Below are positions 30,100 through 44,712 of a stretch of DNA of 64,000 nucleotides, in pieces (position 1 is the first letter of the stretch; each line of letters begins with the position of its first letter). The DNA lies in assembly GCF_009914755.1 (NCBI RefSeq), contig NC_060936.1; one strand, written 5' to 3'. The notes below the pieces were generated by a model, which saw nothing but the letters and a program-made list of their open reading frames with translations, was not told the origin of the DNA and ran no database searches. Source of the DNA: the human T2T-CHM13v2.0 reference genome, Homo sapiens. Both the position numbers and the translations under genes were made by a program.

Positions 30100-31095
30100 C
30101 ACTAAACTTAAGAGAACAAAATGGTAAATAGGACTTTATCAAACTTTAAACTTCTATTCATCAACACTGGGAAAAAATATTCACTAAATACATACATACA
30201 CACACAAAAACACATACACACATGACAAAGTACTTGTATTGAGAAGATATTTTAAAAGTCAGTAACAAAAGATATTTAATAGATATTTAGTATCTATTAG
30301 ATACTTAAAACAACATAAGTTTTTAAATGGGCAGAAGACTTGAACAGACTCTCCAAATATACAAAGTAAGCACATGAATAAGTGTTTATGCAAATGAAAG
30401 CCACAAAGAGATAGTACTACAGTATCACTAAAATAGCTAAAATTAACAAAACTGACAGTACCAAATGCTCGTGAAGATATGGAGCAACTGGAACTCTGAT
30501 ACACTGTGATGAGAGGGTAAAATGGCATAATATTTTAGAAAACTGAGAAGCAGTTTCTTATAGATGTACATCTATCCTGTAACCCAGGGATCCTATTCTT
30601 ACTCAAAAGAAATGAAAGCATATGTCCACAAAAAGACTTGTACAAGAGTGTTCATAGCAGCTTTACTGGAAAAAGTCCAAAAGTGGAAACAACCCAAATG
30701 TCCATTAACAGGAGAATAGGTATTTTTAAATGATCATATATCATTAATGGAATACTACTCAGCAATAGAAAAGAATGAACTACTAATACAAACAACTGAA
30801 TCTTCAGAAACACTGTGTTAAGCAAAAGAAGCCAGACACACACAAAAAATTATGTACTAAATGTATTATTCCATTTATATGACATTCAGGAACAGAATAA
30901 ATTATGGTGGTAAAAATTAGAACAGTGATTACTTATAGGAATTGACTGAAAGAGGATAAAACAGAACCTTCTGGGGTAATGAAAATGTCCTATATTTTGA
31001 CTGGGGAGATGGCCATGTGGGTAGATAAATTCATCAAAATTCATTCAGTTGTACACCTAAAGATCTGTACATTTTGTTATATGGCAACGTTTAAA
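30100..31095 (+). mobile_element. Old L1 (L1ME/MB-like) ORF2 end and 3'UTR
   Basis: aaatgggcagaagacttgaacagac...atgtccacaaaaagacttgtacaagagtgttcatagcagc...ggtaatgaaaatgtcctatattttgac. Confidence 0.75.
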
Positions 31096-31964
31096 AAAAA
31101 TACTCCGCCTCCAGTCTCCTTTTGAACTGTTTGAAGTAGTACAACTGATAGGCAGATTCTGCTAAAAAGCTAAAAATATAATTTTTCTCTAGAGTACAAA
31201 TTTCTTTTTTTTTTCCACCGTAAATGCCAGCCTCCCATCAGAGGCTGAACCACAGTGGAATCAACTTTCATCAGCCAGCCCCTCTGTGGCTCACTGAGCT
31301 TTGGATTCCAGGTCCCTTTCCCAGCACTTAGTCCCATTTTTAATTTTCAGGAAGTATTGTTCCAAAACTTGGCTCAGACTTATCCTCTCCTTGGATTCCT
31401 TTCTCCATTTGTTTTCTCGGTTTTGCTCACTTACTCTTTAACTTGCACCCCTCTTTTTCCAAGGTGGTGGATTAGGGGGTGTTAATGCTGGGGCAGTGTT
31501 AGGCACAGAACCTAGGAGTCATCTCCCTCACTCCGGGACCGCATCAATCATCAGTCACAGACATGACAGTTCATTTTTCCCTCCTGAACGCGCCTGCACA
31601 GATGGGTGTATCGCTCAAGTAGCCAAATGGATGTAGCTGTTGGGGGACAGGGCCTGAGGGGCAGCAGGGAGAGAAAAGAACAAAGAAAGAAAGAAGAATG
31701 GTTCTTTGTGGGGCAGCAAACTTTCTTCTGGTTCCCAGCCTGAATGTTTCTGATCTGGTTTTCTTCTTTTTGTGATGTTTGAACTTGTTTCCTCAACTCA
31801 GATGCTGAACTCTTGTCCAAAAAACCTAAGGGCAGCATAGTGTGAGAGACTGTGGGAGGCAAGTCCAGCAATCCAGCAAAAAGAATTGCAGAACTGTGAA
31901 GATAAATGTGTGTCCGTATCAGGACTGCGCTGGAGAACGGGAAGAGAGGGGTTGGGGTGCTAAG

Positions 31965-31966
<2 letters not shown>

Positions 31967-32002
<36 letters not shown>
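31967..32002. repeat. (TG)18 microsatellite
   Basis: Direct. Confidence 0.95.
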
Positions 32003-32004
<2 letters not shown>

Positions 32005-32782
32005 TTGACAAACTGATGAGAAACACTATTGAGTAGTTTTCTCCTCTCTGCTCTCACACACAGTCTGGCACTTTCTTCTTCTGTGACAGCTGCCATTAAC
32101 TTTTTAATGCGAAGACAAGGGTATCTTGCCAATTGGATGTTGAAATCTCTGGCAAGGAAAAGCTTGCTTTAAAAAAAAAAGAGGCAGGGAATATGGGGAA
32201 GGTTGGGCAGACATACCAAAGGTCCGGGGGAAGACAGGGTACTAAGTTGGACCTTACAATGCAGAATGGCTGCCCTGCTTCTGATAAAATCCCCTCAAAT
32301 GAAGTTGGGAAAAGAAAGAGGAAATGGGAGTGTGAGTGTAAGGGAGATAAGGAACTCTTTTACGCAGTTGCAATGACACAGATATTAAGTATTATTTGCA
32401 ATTCACTCCCGATGGATGTGAGAACTCCTCATGGAGTTTTGGTGTATATGTGGGACCTTGTGCTAAATGTAGAATAATCTTGTTTGTGCAGAAAGAGAAG
32501 GAAAGAGAAAATATTAGGAGACCTCTGTAGACCAAAACATTATGATACAAAAGATTGTTCCAGTCATTTCCTTCCATAGCTTATCTCAGAGAAGGGGAGT
32601 TCTGGTGTTCGTGGCTCGCCTATCAGGTCTTCCCCTCACCTCTAAACTACGGCAGCTCTTGATCCTTATTACTGGTACCTACCCCAAACTCACCAGGTCT
32701 AAATAAAACTGAACATAAAAACATCCTGTTGTGAATTCAGTTCTCATGTACCTTCAGCTTTGCAGCAAAGAATGCAAAAGCC

Positions 32783-33089
32783 TTTTTTTTTTTTTTTTTT
32801 TTTTTTTGAGACAGAGTTTCGCTCCGTTGCCCAGGCTGGAGTTCAGTGGAGCGATCTCAGCTCACTGCAACCTCCCCCTCCCGAGTTCAAGCAATTCTCC
32901 TGCCCTCACCCTCCCGAGTAGCTGGGACTACAGGTGTGCACCATGACGCCCAGCTAATTTTTGTATTTTTAGTAAGAGACAGGGTTTCACCGTGTTAGCC
33001 AGGGTGGTCTCGATCTCTTGACCTCACGATCTGCCCACCTCAGCCTCCCAAAGTGCTGGGATTACAGGCGTGAGCCACGGTGCATGGCC
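32783..33089 (-). mobile_element. AluSc/Y-like
   Basis: Full dimer. TSD caaaagcctttt. Confidence 0.9.
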
Positions 33090-34347
33090 ACAAAAGCCTT
33101 TTTTAATCTAGTTTTTATTAGCTTGGCCTCACACTGGACTCTTTAAAAAAGAGTCCTAAAATATGAATATGGAATATTATATGAAATATTTTATAAAAAT
33201 ATTTTATAAAAAGCTCAGCATTTATGGAGATCTTAGTGTATTTTAGCTGCCCTAATTGCTTTTTTCCTTTGTGTTGAACGTATTCCCATGGGAGAAGAAA
33301 GTTCACCCTCCTGAGTCCCTGAGCTCCTGCAGGAAGAATTATTTACCATCCTGGAATTTTAATGAGTCTTGACAATTACTGTAATCCAGGTCATTGAACG
33401 CGGGTCTGTCATCGCCAGTGTCATCTTCCAGAGATGATGCTCCCCCAACTAAGCTGAGAAGAAAATGAGTCCTTGTGAATGCCAAAGAGACATGAATGTG
33501 ACCTGCACCAATGCTGCAAACCTAAAGCCAGTGGGACTAGAAACTGTGGAAATGACAGTCTTCCGGTCCGGTCAGAGCATCTGAAATAAATTGCCCACAG
33601 TTTTCTTCCAAACTTTTAAATTGTTTACAAAAGGTTTGGTGGTACCAATCTTACTGAGACGGCCTAGAAATACAAGTAACGTAAATTTCTTACAGAGTGT
33701 CTACAATGCTGCATGCCAGAGGCACTCAGCACACCTGAAGGATGTGAAGCTCCTGTAGGAACAGTAGCTCTGTACAACAGTAATCTCTAGACAACCAACG
33801 TAAATTTAAACAAAAAGGTGTGAGACCACACACCCTTCTTCCAGTGGGGCATAACTGCCCAGGTGTAAAATCAGACAGGAACCCTGAAATATGAACCATC
33901 TCCAGTTTGCAGACAGACATTGCTGCCATTCTCCACTTGACTCCCCTGTGCCCATGCCTGAAAGCCCCGCTTCCCCTAGAGAGGTGGGGGCAGTGTGGCC
34001 ACAGCCTCTCTCCCCGCAGTACCACCTGGTCCCAAAAGTCCCAGCCCTCCACGGCAGCACTAGTGAGGCCTCCTTGCTGTTGCTGCTGTTACTCCCTGAG
34101 CCTTCTAGAGAATCTCCTGCATGCCCTGTGAGAATGTGCTGATGCTGGGGCCACTGCCACAGTCGCGGGTTTTCTCCCAGACCCCCTTCTGGTGCCAAGT
34201 AGGAAAGATGGGACCAGGCTAATTCTGTTGCCACTGAGACAAGTGAAGACATATCCTGATGTCTGGAGTTGGATCTCAGAAGGCGCCTTCCAGTGTATAA
34301 ACTGATATGAAATGGTGGTTAGGTCCTGTGGCACTGCACACCAACAC

Positions 34348-34759
34348 TGTATTACCTTGCTCGGGACACCGTAACAAAATACCACAGACCGCGTGGCTTA
34401 AGCAACGTAAATTGATTTCCTCACAGTTCTGGAGGCTGGAAGTCCGAGATCAAGGGGTCGGCAGGGTTGGTTTCTCCTGAGGCCCCCTCTCCTTGGTGTA
34501 TACATGGCTGCCTGCTCGCTGTGTCCTCACGTGGTCTATCCTCTCTCCCTGTGCTCCCCAGTGTCTTTCTGTATGTCCAGATTTCCTCCTGTTACAAAGA
34601 TACCAGTCATACTGGATTTGGAACCACCCTGCCTGCCTCATTTTAACTTAATCGCCTCTTTAAAGGCCCTGTCTCCAAATGCAGTCACATCATTCTGAGG
34701 TTCTGGTGATTTAGGCTTCCACCTATGAATTTGGTGGGGACACAGCTCAGCCCACCACA
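34348..34759 (-). mobile_element. MLT1B-like solo LTR
   Basis: taacaaaataccacagac...ctcacagttctggaggctggaagtccgagatcaagg...cctcattttaacttaat. Confidence 0.8.
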
Positions 34760-35809
34760 GACATTATGGGTAAAATAGGCTCATGGCAACAACTTCCGAA
34801 CCTAACTACTGCTTGGGTAATTGTTAAGGGTTTCAAAATAACTGACTGTCAAACAAGCTCTGGAAACTGCATTCCAAATAAACTGTGGGGCTCTGCCTGT
34901 TAAAAGGTAGGAGGTCCTGGCGAATCTGTTATGTCCAGTAATTACTGAATACTCCCTTAGGGGCCATTCAGGGTCTGCTGGTTACTTCAATAAAGAATGC
35001 TGTAAGAAAAGCACTGAGTCTCTGGCCCTTTCTAAAAGAGTTGTGTAAGAGACATAAAGCCATAAAATATGAAGTAGGTGCTTGTTTAGCGACTGAATGA
35101 AATCAGGAATTTTCCGGAGATAAGATTATGGTATTCTTCTACACTGTATAAATGCTATCTTCCTGCTTTGTTTACCTCTTTTTATACAAAAGACCACCTA
35201 GGCACAAAAGGAAGTGCCCCTACCTAGCATAGTCTGAACGAGTGAAAGAGAGTCTTTAATTTTAACACTAAAGATAACAGATCTTGCTGTAAAGTGCAAT
35301 GATGCTTAATAGCCCTAAAGATCAGGTTGTGATTGATGGGATTTCTCATGGTGTTCTTGTTAAAGATAAATAGTAGTTTTTAATGTTATCAGACTGGAAA
35401 CATCTTACTCTTTTCTAATGTAAGCTCTAAAGCAAACTTCGGACACTAACATCTTATTGCCAACTTAACAGAAAAGTGTGATGGGATATTGGATAAGGCT
35501 CCGACCTGCGTGCCTGAAATTTCAGTGGTTCGGTTTGTTCCTTTGAATGAGGCATCTCTCTGAGGCACTGCCTTTCTAAGTGCAAGTTTTCTAGGAAGGG
35601 CAGTGTGTTGTCAGTTTCTCCTTAGCGTGCCCAGTGTATCTAGGATGATACAAACAGGAAGAGACTGGGAAAAGGAGGGTTCAAAAAAGGGAGGGACCCA
35701 ATGGCCAGATTAAAAACCAGCTTAACCTCTTCATTGTATCCCAGGCCTGATGATTGAGCATCTTTATTCTTAGGATTCTCCAACTTTAGGCTACCTGATA
35801 CATCTAGAG

Positions 35810-36345
35810 CAGCGGTCCCCAACGTTTTCGGCACCGGGGACTGGTTTCACAGAAGGCAGTTTTTCCACAGACAGGGGAGTGGCAGGGAAGGGATGGTTTC
35901 AGGATAATTGAAGCACATTACATTTATTGTGCACTTTATTTCTGTTATTATTCCATTGTAATATATAATGAAATAATTATACAATTCACCATAATGTAGA
36001 ATCCATGGGAGCCCAGAGCTTGTTTTCCTGCAACTAGACTGTCCCATTTGGGAGTGATGGGAGACAGTGATAGATTATCAGGCATTAGATTCTCATAAGG
36101 AGCACGCGGCCTAGATCCCTCGCGTGCGTGGTTCACAATAGGGTTTGCGCTCATATGAGAATCTAATGCCTCAGCTGATCTGACAAGAGACGGAACTCAG
36201 GCAGTAATGCACGCAATGGAGAGCGGCTGTAAATATAGATGAAGCTTTGCTTCCTGGCTAGCCCTTCACCTCCTGCTGTGTGGCCCAGTTCCTAACAGGG
36301 CCTGGACCAGTACACGGACCCAGTACTGGGAGTTGGAGACTCCCG
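35810..36345 (+). mobile_element. MER1A (hAT-Charlie) with 8-bp TSD
   Basis: cagcggtccccaac...gttggagactcccg termini, TSD atctagag / atctacag, internal palindrome. Confidence 0.85.
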
Positions 36346-36590
36346 ATCTACAGTATGTGAGAAATCACATCAACCTTTTACAAGGATTGAGCCTAAATTT
36401 GAACCAAAAAATACTTACTTCTAAAAGTAAGTAAGCCACAGATAGATGTCAGAATACAACTAGCAAGAAGGTAAAGACTCATGGAAAAGATGGAGTAATG
36501 AGTTTTCTTAGCACTGTATGATACGACAGAAAAGCTGCAGGGGGAAGGCTTCACGAAAGCAAAAAACTCCAACTAGAAATAGCCTGCAGG

Positions 36591-36945
<355 letters not shown>

Positions 36946-37039
36946 GAGCCTGCAGGCTCTCAGGGATCACTGTTCTACTGTTATTTTATAAGGCAAACCA
37001 GGGATGAGCTGTATTTAGCCACAGATTATTAAATCTGGA

Positions 37040-37170
37040 AAGAATTTAGAAATCATCTAATCTCCCCTTTATACACATAATGAAGCTGAGGACAGAGAGG
37101 CTCAAGATGGTAAAGCTAAGTGGCAGAGTTAGAACTAGACATTTCTTCCATTTCAGACCTTTTCCCACTA
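37040..37170 (+). mobile_element. MIR fragment
   Basis: ttagaaatcatctaatc...ctgaggacagagagg...agctaagtggcagagttagaactaga. Confidence 0.5.
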
Positions 37171-39414
37171 CTTCCCTGTGCAACCTTGGGAAGAAAGTCC
37201 TCTTAGCCTGTCAGAGGCATCTCTGTCTGTAACTGTTCTCCTTCACGAATGTTAACTCCTCTGCAGGATGCCACAGGGACATTTGCCTTCTAGTGCAAGC
37301 AGAGTGTTTCAGGAATGCATAACAGCAGATAGATACATGTCTGTGCTAGGTGTTGTGCACTAACCAAGCACTATGGATTTCTTGCAGGGAGAAAAAGGAA
37401 GAGTAGATAACTAACAATATCTTATTAAGAGTCTCCTGCAGGGCTGTGACTCCACGCAGCTCTCTTCTCCCTGTCCTGCTGGTGGGAGCCTTGAGCCCAG
37501 CTCTTGAGCACTGTCTGGTGTGGCACCCTGCAGGCTGCCAGCAGCTGTCATACGGGCATTGGGATCGTTGGAAAGTGCTGCAACATGGGAGTAGCTGGGG
37601 CAGCTGTTGATTGGGAGCAGCCTCCACGGGCTGTGTTCAGTGGGTGATTCCATGCCTTTGGTCTGTGTGGAGCTCACTCTCTCCCTTGGCTCCTTCGGAG
37701 GGGTGGGCCCACCGCCCTCTCCAGCTGTTTTCTCAGAAAGAGAGGCAAAGAAGAAGGACCTGGCGGTCCTTCCAGAGTGCTTGCTGTGGTGTGGGCTTCG
37801 CCTCCCCTCCGTGTGGGAATAAACTGTGTGAAGCCATGTGGGTCCTGGAGCTCCGTGGCTTCACCCACACTTTCTGGGGGAACTGCACTCACAAGTATGG
37901 AGAGCCTTAAGCATTCGTTGAGCCAGACTGGACTGGAAACGTCCCGGGAGTCCCTCATTCTCACCCTTCTTCACCTAAGTAAACACACAACAAAATTCTC
38001 TGAGCTTTAGGGGGCTGTGGGAATATTTTTCTTTCAACCCCAACCTTCCCCAAGAGCTTTCAAATCACATAAAGTACTGTTTTCCCTTTAGCAATCCAAA
38101 ACTAGTAACATGCAACTCCAGGCCCCACCCCACCCCACCCCCATCCTCCTCAATGCCAGCCAAGTCAGACACAACTTGCCATGTCCCTGTGGTGTGCCAT
38201 GAACTGGGCAGGTATGCCCCGGGGTCACTCAGAGCAGCCCACGGGACCCTAGAGCTCTGGCAGTCGTGGAACCCCTTCCATGGCCCTTGTGAGTTACGGG
38301 GCCAGGAGTTTGTATCACATCAAAGGGTCATTTCGTCATCTCACAAGGGAGTCAGGAGATACCACCCAGAGAATGTATCAGATTTATACTAAAAAAAAAA
38401 AAAATCCAGCAAGATCCATAGCTCTCTGTGGGAGCCATTCCAGTTTCTCCCTGTCACAGTGGCCCTAGAATCAGATACCACGCACTGGAAATAGCAGAGT
38501 GCAACCCTGGACGTAGAGGGTGCATTGAGCACGTGCCACTGTGGCTGGGGGGAAACTTCCTTCTCTCTTCCTGCCTGGCCTGAGAGATTGCCTGGACGTG
38601 GATCAGGCTTTGTGCTGGTTTAGCACTTAAATCTTAACTGCAACAAAGCCTTGTTCTTACCACCCTGACAGTTTCAGCATTAGGTTTCTTATTAGTTGTT
38701 TGGGTTTGGGGTTTTTTTTGTTTTTTTTTTTTCTTCATCTTCTCCCTTTTGACACTTTTCATTTCTGAGAGCCAAACCAAATACGCTAGGCGGACTAGCT
38801 AACCTGGCTGTGTCTGCGATTCCCAGAGCCCTGCTGCTGCTCTGATGGGTCCCTTTGGTAAGGAGGGAAATTTTTCTCCATTTTTATAACGACGAGCCCT
38901 TAATTTGAACGTCTCTGTTCACTTCAGTTAATAGATTTGTAAGAAATAATGTGAGATATTACCAAATCAGCTTAGACAACCAGATTAAAAATCTGCCTCA
39001 CTGGGAAATCTGCTTCTTTGTTTAGAATACTCCACACTTTCTCAAGCCTGCATCTGCAAATCTTTGGCCTGATAAAGACTTCCAGAGTCCATCCGTCCAT
39101 CTCTTGCTTCAGGACTGTACTTCGTCCAAGCATTCCACACAGAAGGGTAACTGGCTTGTTCTTTGAGTGGGATACCACGTCACAGTTCCTTTGGTGTTCC
39201 AGGGACATTTCTATACAAGAGATGGTCCCCTGTTTTCTTAGTGTATAGAGGCTCATCAGACCAATGTAAATCTCCTGTTGAGTTTTATTTTTTTAATTCC
39301 CATTTTTGTCTTTTATAGTCATGTTTTCTGTTCTCTTGCCAAACTCCCGTGCTATTCAGCTCCCTTCCCAGCTTGTTCAGAAAAGGTATAACACCCACAT
39401 CAAGATAAAACCTG

Positions 39415-39535
39415 CTGAGCATGGTGGCACACACCCGTAGTCCCAGCTGCTCAGGAGGCTGAGGCAGGAGGATCGTTTAAGGCCAAGAGTTCAAGACCCA
39501 CCTGAGCAACACAGCGAGACCCTTTCTCTAAAAAA
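39415..39535 (+). mobile_element. FLAM-A-like Alu monomer
   Basis: Single monomer ending agcgagaccctttctctaaaaaa. Confidence 0.75.
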
Positions 39536-40530
39536 TTAGAGAGGTATAACTTTTCAGGAAAGAGGATAATCTGGAAAGTTGCTGTAGGCACAGACTATCA
39601 CGTAGAAAAAACTGAAATTATCTCAGCTAGGGAAGAATGCTTTAGGCAGGAAGACAGCCAGAATTTTAGAAGTGTCTAGACATAAGTAAGTTAGAAATTA
39701 AGATATGAGTATGTTGGTGACATCTGCGAATACAAAATATAATCATCAGAAAGCAAACATTTGTTCTGGATTTTGTCCAGATAACGGTTTAAAACTGAAG
39801 TGTTGTATCTATTGTAGTGCGTGGTTCCAGCTCCTGCTGTACATGAGGAGGTTAATTTGGAGTGACAGGTGTTAGCAACACGTGTTTCTTGGTCCTGTAG
39901 ATTGCCACTGACCCAATTCATTTGTCCACCTTTGCTGGGGTTACTTGGTCTCTCAGTTGTTGACTTTCACAAAATAATGGTTGACTCTAACCTTGCAAAG
40001 AATAATAAACAACTGTGAGTGGTGACAGCTGGAAGAGGTCTGACAGCTAGCAAGACCAGATTCCTTGTAAAGCTTTCCTCTCAGGTAGGGGAGACTTCCT
40101 CTTTTTCTCCATGGAGAGCTTGTGCACCTGGATGCAGTAGAGCCTGATCCACTAACCACTGGCCAGGCGTGATAGATACATATTAAGTTTTCCTACAACA
40201 GATAGATCTATCAGTCTAACCTGTGTACCTGGCCCTGTACCTCTTGAGACCTCAGCTGTCTTACTTGTAAGGTTAGAGAATGGGACTAGTAGTTCCTGTA
40301 GCTCCCTTCCGGGCTGATGAGTCTAAATTTCAGAATTGGCCTGTTTTGGGTGTAGCATTTGTAGGTCTCGTTGTTCCATTGTTGGGTATTTGCCTGAGCT
40401 GCAGGTCGGGGATAGGGGACAGGGTAGAAAACTAAATGATAATTTATGTTTTTATATAGATTCACTAGAAATCTTAACTGTTTTATTTCTTTTAGGGCTG
40501 GGGGCTGCCAGTGCAGTTGCAGAGTTTTCA

Positions 40531-41005
<475 letters not shown>

Positions 41006-41290
41006 ATAAATCTAGCTACCCTAAGGCATATGGCTAGCATTCACTCAGTAAATACTTAATGAACACTTATTACATGCCAGGCATAAAGTGTTGTTGATAA
41101 TACAAGAAAGTAATTACATACTTGAGTTTCCCTCCCATCCAGGGAATCTCATCTTCTATCATGAGGGAAAGAAAGGAGGAAGTCCCTTTATATCACCACT
41201 TGAATCTGGAGGAGATGACTGTGAACTATCAAATTGTTAAGCAGTGGAATTTTGACTTTGGATAGACAGACCCGAATGGAGCCAAACTCT

Positions 41291-41609
<319 letters not shown>

Positions 41610-41753
41610 TTATTATGCCATTTTGTTCAAAGTTAGTTATGGGAGAGCAGTAACATCTTATTTACTTTTGGTCTAAGCAACAGCCTTTCCTTCCTGTAAA
41701 AACAAATTCATACATTGCCTGGCAAGGGAGTTCATCACAAAGTAGGAAGGGGA

Positions 41754-41918
41754 GCTGGGTGTGATGGTGCGCACCCGTAGTCCCGGCTACTCAGCGGTCT
41801 AAGGCAGGAAGATCACTTGAGCCCAGGAGTTCCAGGCTGCAGTGAGCTGTGATCTCGCCACCGCACTCCAGCCTGGGGGACAGAGTGAGACTCTATCTCA
41901 AAAAAAAAAAAAAAAAAA
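41754..41918 (+). mobile_element. FRAM/right-arm Alu monomer
   Basis: Single monomer plus polyA. Confidence 0.8.
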
Positions 41919-44117
41919 GGACAGGGAGGGAGAAGGAGAAGTCCCCACAGCAGCCTCACAGCCATTACCACTTCCGGCCCACTTGCACAGTCTCTGCAAG
42001 TGCAGACTTGAAAGGAAAGAGGACTTTGGAGTTAACTTTAATGAGTGGGAAATAAACATAGGATAAATTCTTCAAGAGCAATTTTAGTTTTCCCTGGTAC
42101 TAAGTGCTAAAGGGATTCTGTAGAGTCAAGAAGTGACCAGATGCCTGTAGAAAAATAGATCCCTGGGCAAAAAAGATTGAGGTTTAGAGGGATTGTAGAG
42201 GGTTAGAGGGATTCCAGATCCCTCTGACTGTGTAAGTTTTATGTCTTATTCAATAGATGCTCTTACGGCAAAATACATTTCCATTTATTCCAGTTGTGTG
42301 AAATTCCAAACTAGGAAGTTATTTTATGTCTTCGTATCTCCTAAGAAGCCTGCAGATTCAAGTTAGGGGCTTGTGGGCCAGACCTGGCCAGGACGAGCAC
42401 CATTTCCACTTGATCTGTCAGCTCCAAAAGGCTCCGAACATCATGCCAGATTACAGCTCAGACCTCATGGCCTGTGACACATCCTGGGACTTAGCTGTTA
42501 GAACCTCAAGTTTAGATTCTTGTCTGCTTAAACCAAACTAGGCATTTCTGAATAATTTCCTGCCCTCCACCAAACCATCTGCAGAAAGGAATTAATCTGA
42601 GTCACTGCCAACCACAGAGGAATTCATTCACTGACCCCTCTTGTAACCGTCCCTTCTTTATACCCATCAATACATCCTCCCTTTCACCTCATGCTTTGTG
42701 ACTATGAATAGAGTTGTTTACCTTGAAATCAGGCCAAGTCCACAGAACTTTTAACTGTATTTTCTCTTTTACAAATTTATTTCACGGAGTTCTGGTAGCT
42801 CTCTCTAACATCTTTACTAGAGAGAAAATGTTGTTTCTGTTCTAAAATCATGACTTGTGCTGAGCGGTAAATGTTTGGGGCAGTCTCCCTGAATCAAGCA
42901 GCCCGCCCCTCAGCTCTGCTTCTCTTTCTCCATTCAGCCCCCTCGCATTCCTTATTCTTTAGACTGTCAGCTTGTTCTCTGGCAGTTATCCTAACACTCA
43001 AAGAGGGAAGGGGGCCTGAGTGGTTTTCCCTGTAGCCAGTCGTAACCATGCTTTTGTCTGCCATGTGCTTGGAGAGCCTCATCTCTGAAATGTTCCCGCT
43101 CTGCTGAGCTTCCTCCGTTCGTTTCTTCCCTGCACAGTGGTAGGGTGAGGCATTCTCCCCTTCCCTCTGCTGCATACGCTTCCAGCCTGTGTTGCTTTGA
43201 GCATTCAGATTGAGTTGCTCTTGCATTTGTGATTCTTGGCTCAAGTCCCTCTAGAAATCATATTACTACTCTGAGTTCAGGGAGGGCTGGAACAGCTACT
43301 AAGAACAGAATGCATTTTAATAACATTCAACACACAAAAAAGCCAGAGAATTTCTGCCAGAGGCCACCTTCGTATCCTATACTTGTCCCGTATTCCATCC
43401 CTTAAGAACTTTAAACACAGTGGAGTGCTACACTGTATGGTTTATGTGCCCTGCTGTCTACCAAAGGGCCTGTATCATCAGATTGTTTTGGTTTGGACAT
43501 GCTTCAAATTTGAACTTAAATAGCTCTTTAGAACATTATCGAGGCCTTTCCCCAGAATTAATATCTATTCCTTTATTTCATTCACCATTTTCAGATTGTC
43601 TGCTACGTGCAGGCCTTTTGTTACGAGGCAATATTGGTATACAAAAAAGAATTCACCAAGGAGCTTGAAGAACAGTTGGGGAATTAAACATAAAACCAAC
43701 TATTGAAAGGGGACAAAATGAATACTGTAGCAGTTTACACTTCTAACCAGGGATGGCATTACAGAGAAAAGGGGCTCAACCGTGAAGGATAAGAAAGATA
43801 GAGAAGAAAGATGTGTAGGAAGTAAGATTGTCCACATTCTAGAATGAGAGGAAAGGAAAAGCAAAGACAGGGAATGGCAGGTATGTACCAGGAGATGAAA
43901 TTGAAGCAGTAGCTCCCATGCCAAAAAGCTTAGTCTTTTATTTTGTAGGAAGGAAATCATTTAAGATGTTGGAAGAGGAGGAGGGAACTGTTCCAGCCTA
44001 TTTTAGAAAGATTACTCTTACACCAGGGTTGAAGTAGTTATGAAGCTATTGCAAGATGGTAGAACATGAGAGCTTGAATTAGGATTGTTAACAAGGATAT
44101 CGGAAATGAAAAAACTA

Positions 44118-44712
44118 GGCTAGATGTGGTGGCTCACACCTGTAATTTCAACATTATGGGAGGCTGAAGTGGGAGGATTGCTTAAGGCCAGGAGTTGAAG
44201 AGCAGCCTGGGCAACATAGTGAGATGTCATCTCTTTAAAAAAAAAAAAAAGGCTGGGCAAGGTGACTCATGCCTGTAATCCCAGCACTTTGGGAGGCCGA
44301 GGTGGGTGGATCACACGGTCAGGAGATCGAGACCATCCTGGCTAACACAGTGAAACCCCGTCTCTACTAAAAATATTTTAAAAATTAGCCTGGGGCCACC
44401 TGTGGTCCCAGCTACTCAGGAGGCTGAGGCAGGAGAATGGCATGAACCCGGGAGGCAGAGATTGCAATGAGCTGAGATCACGCCACTACACTCCAGCCAG
44501 GGCGACGGAGCAAGACTCCATCTCAAAAAAAAAAAAAAACTTAGCCAGGCGTGGTGGCACTCTCCTGTAGCCCTAGCTACTCGGGAAGCTGATGCAGGAG
44601 GATCACTTGAGGCCAGGAGTTAGAGGTTACAGTGAGCTATGATCACTCCACTGAACTCCAGCCTGGGCAACAGAGCAAGACTCTTTCTCTTCAAAAGAAA
44701 AAAAAGAAAGAA
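44118..44712 (+). mobile_element. AluJ with a younger AluY-like element (44251-44539) nested in its A-rich linker
   Basis: Left arm 44118-44250, complete inner dimer, right arm 44541-44712. Outer TSD gaaaaaacta. Confidence 0.88.

Noticed and set aside
31551-32132. 193-aa minus-strand ORF
   Set aside because: Runs through the (CA)n repeat (THTHTH). No recognisable domain.
39384-39550. aggtataac repeat flanking a FLAM plus ~22 nt of extra 5' sequence
   Set aside because: A 9-nt match is too short to claim a TSD or 5' transduction.
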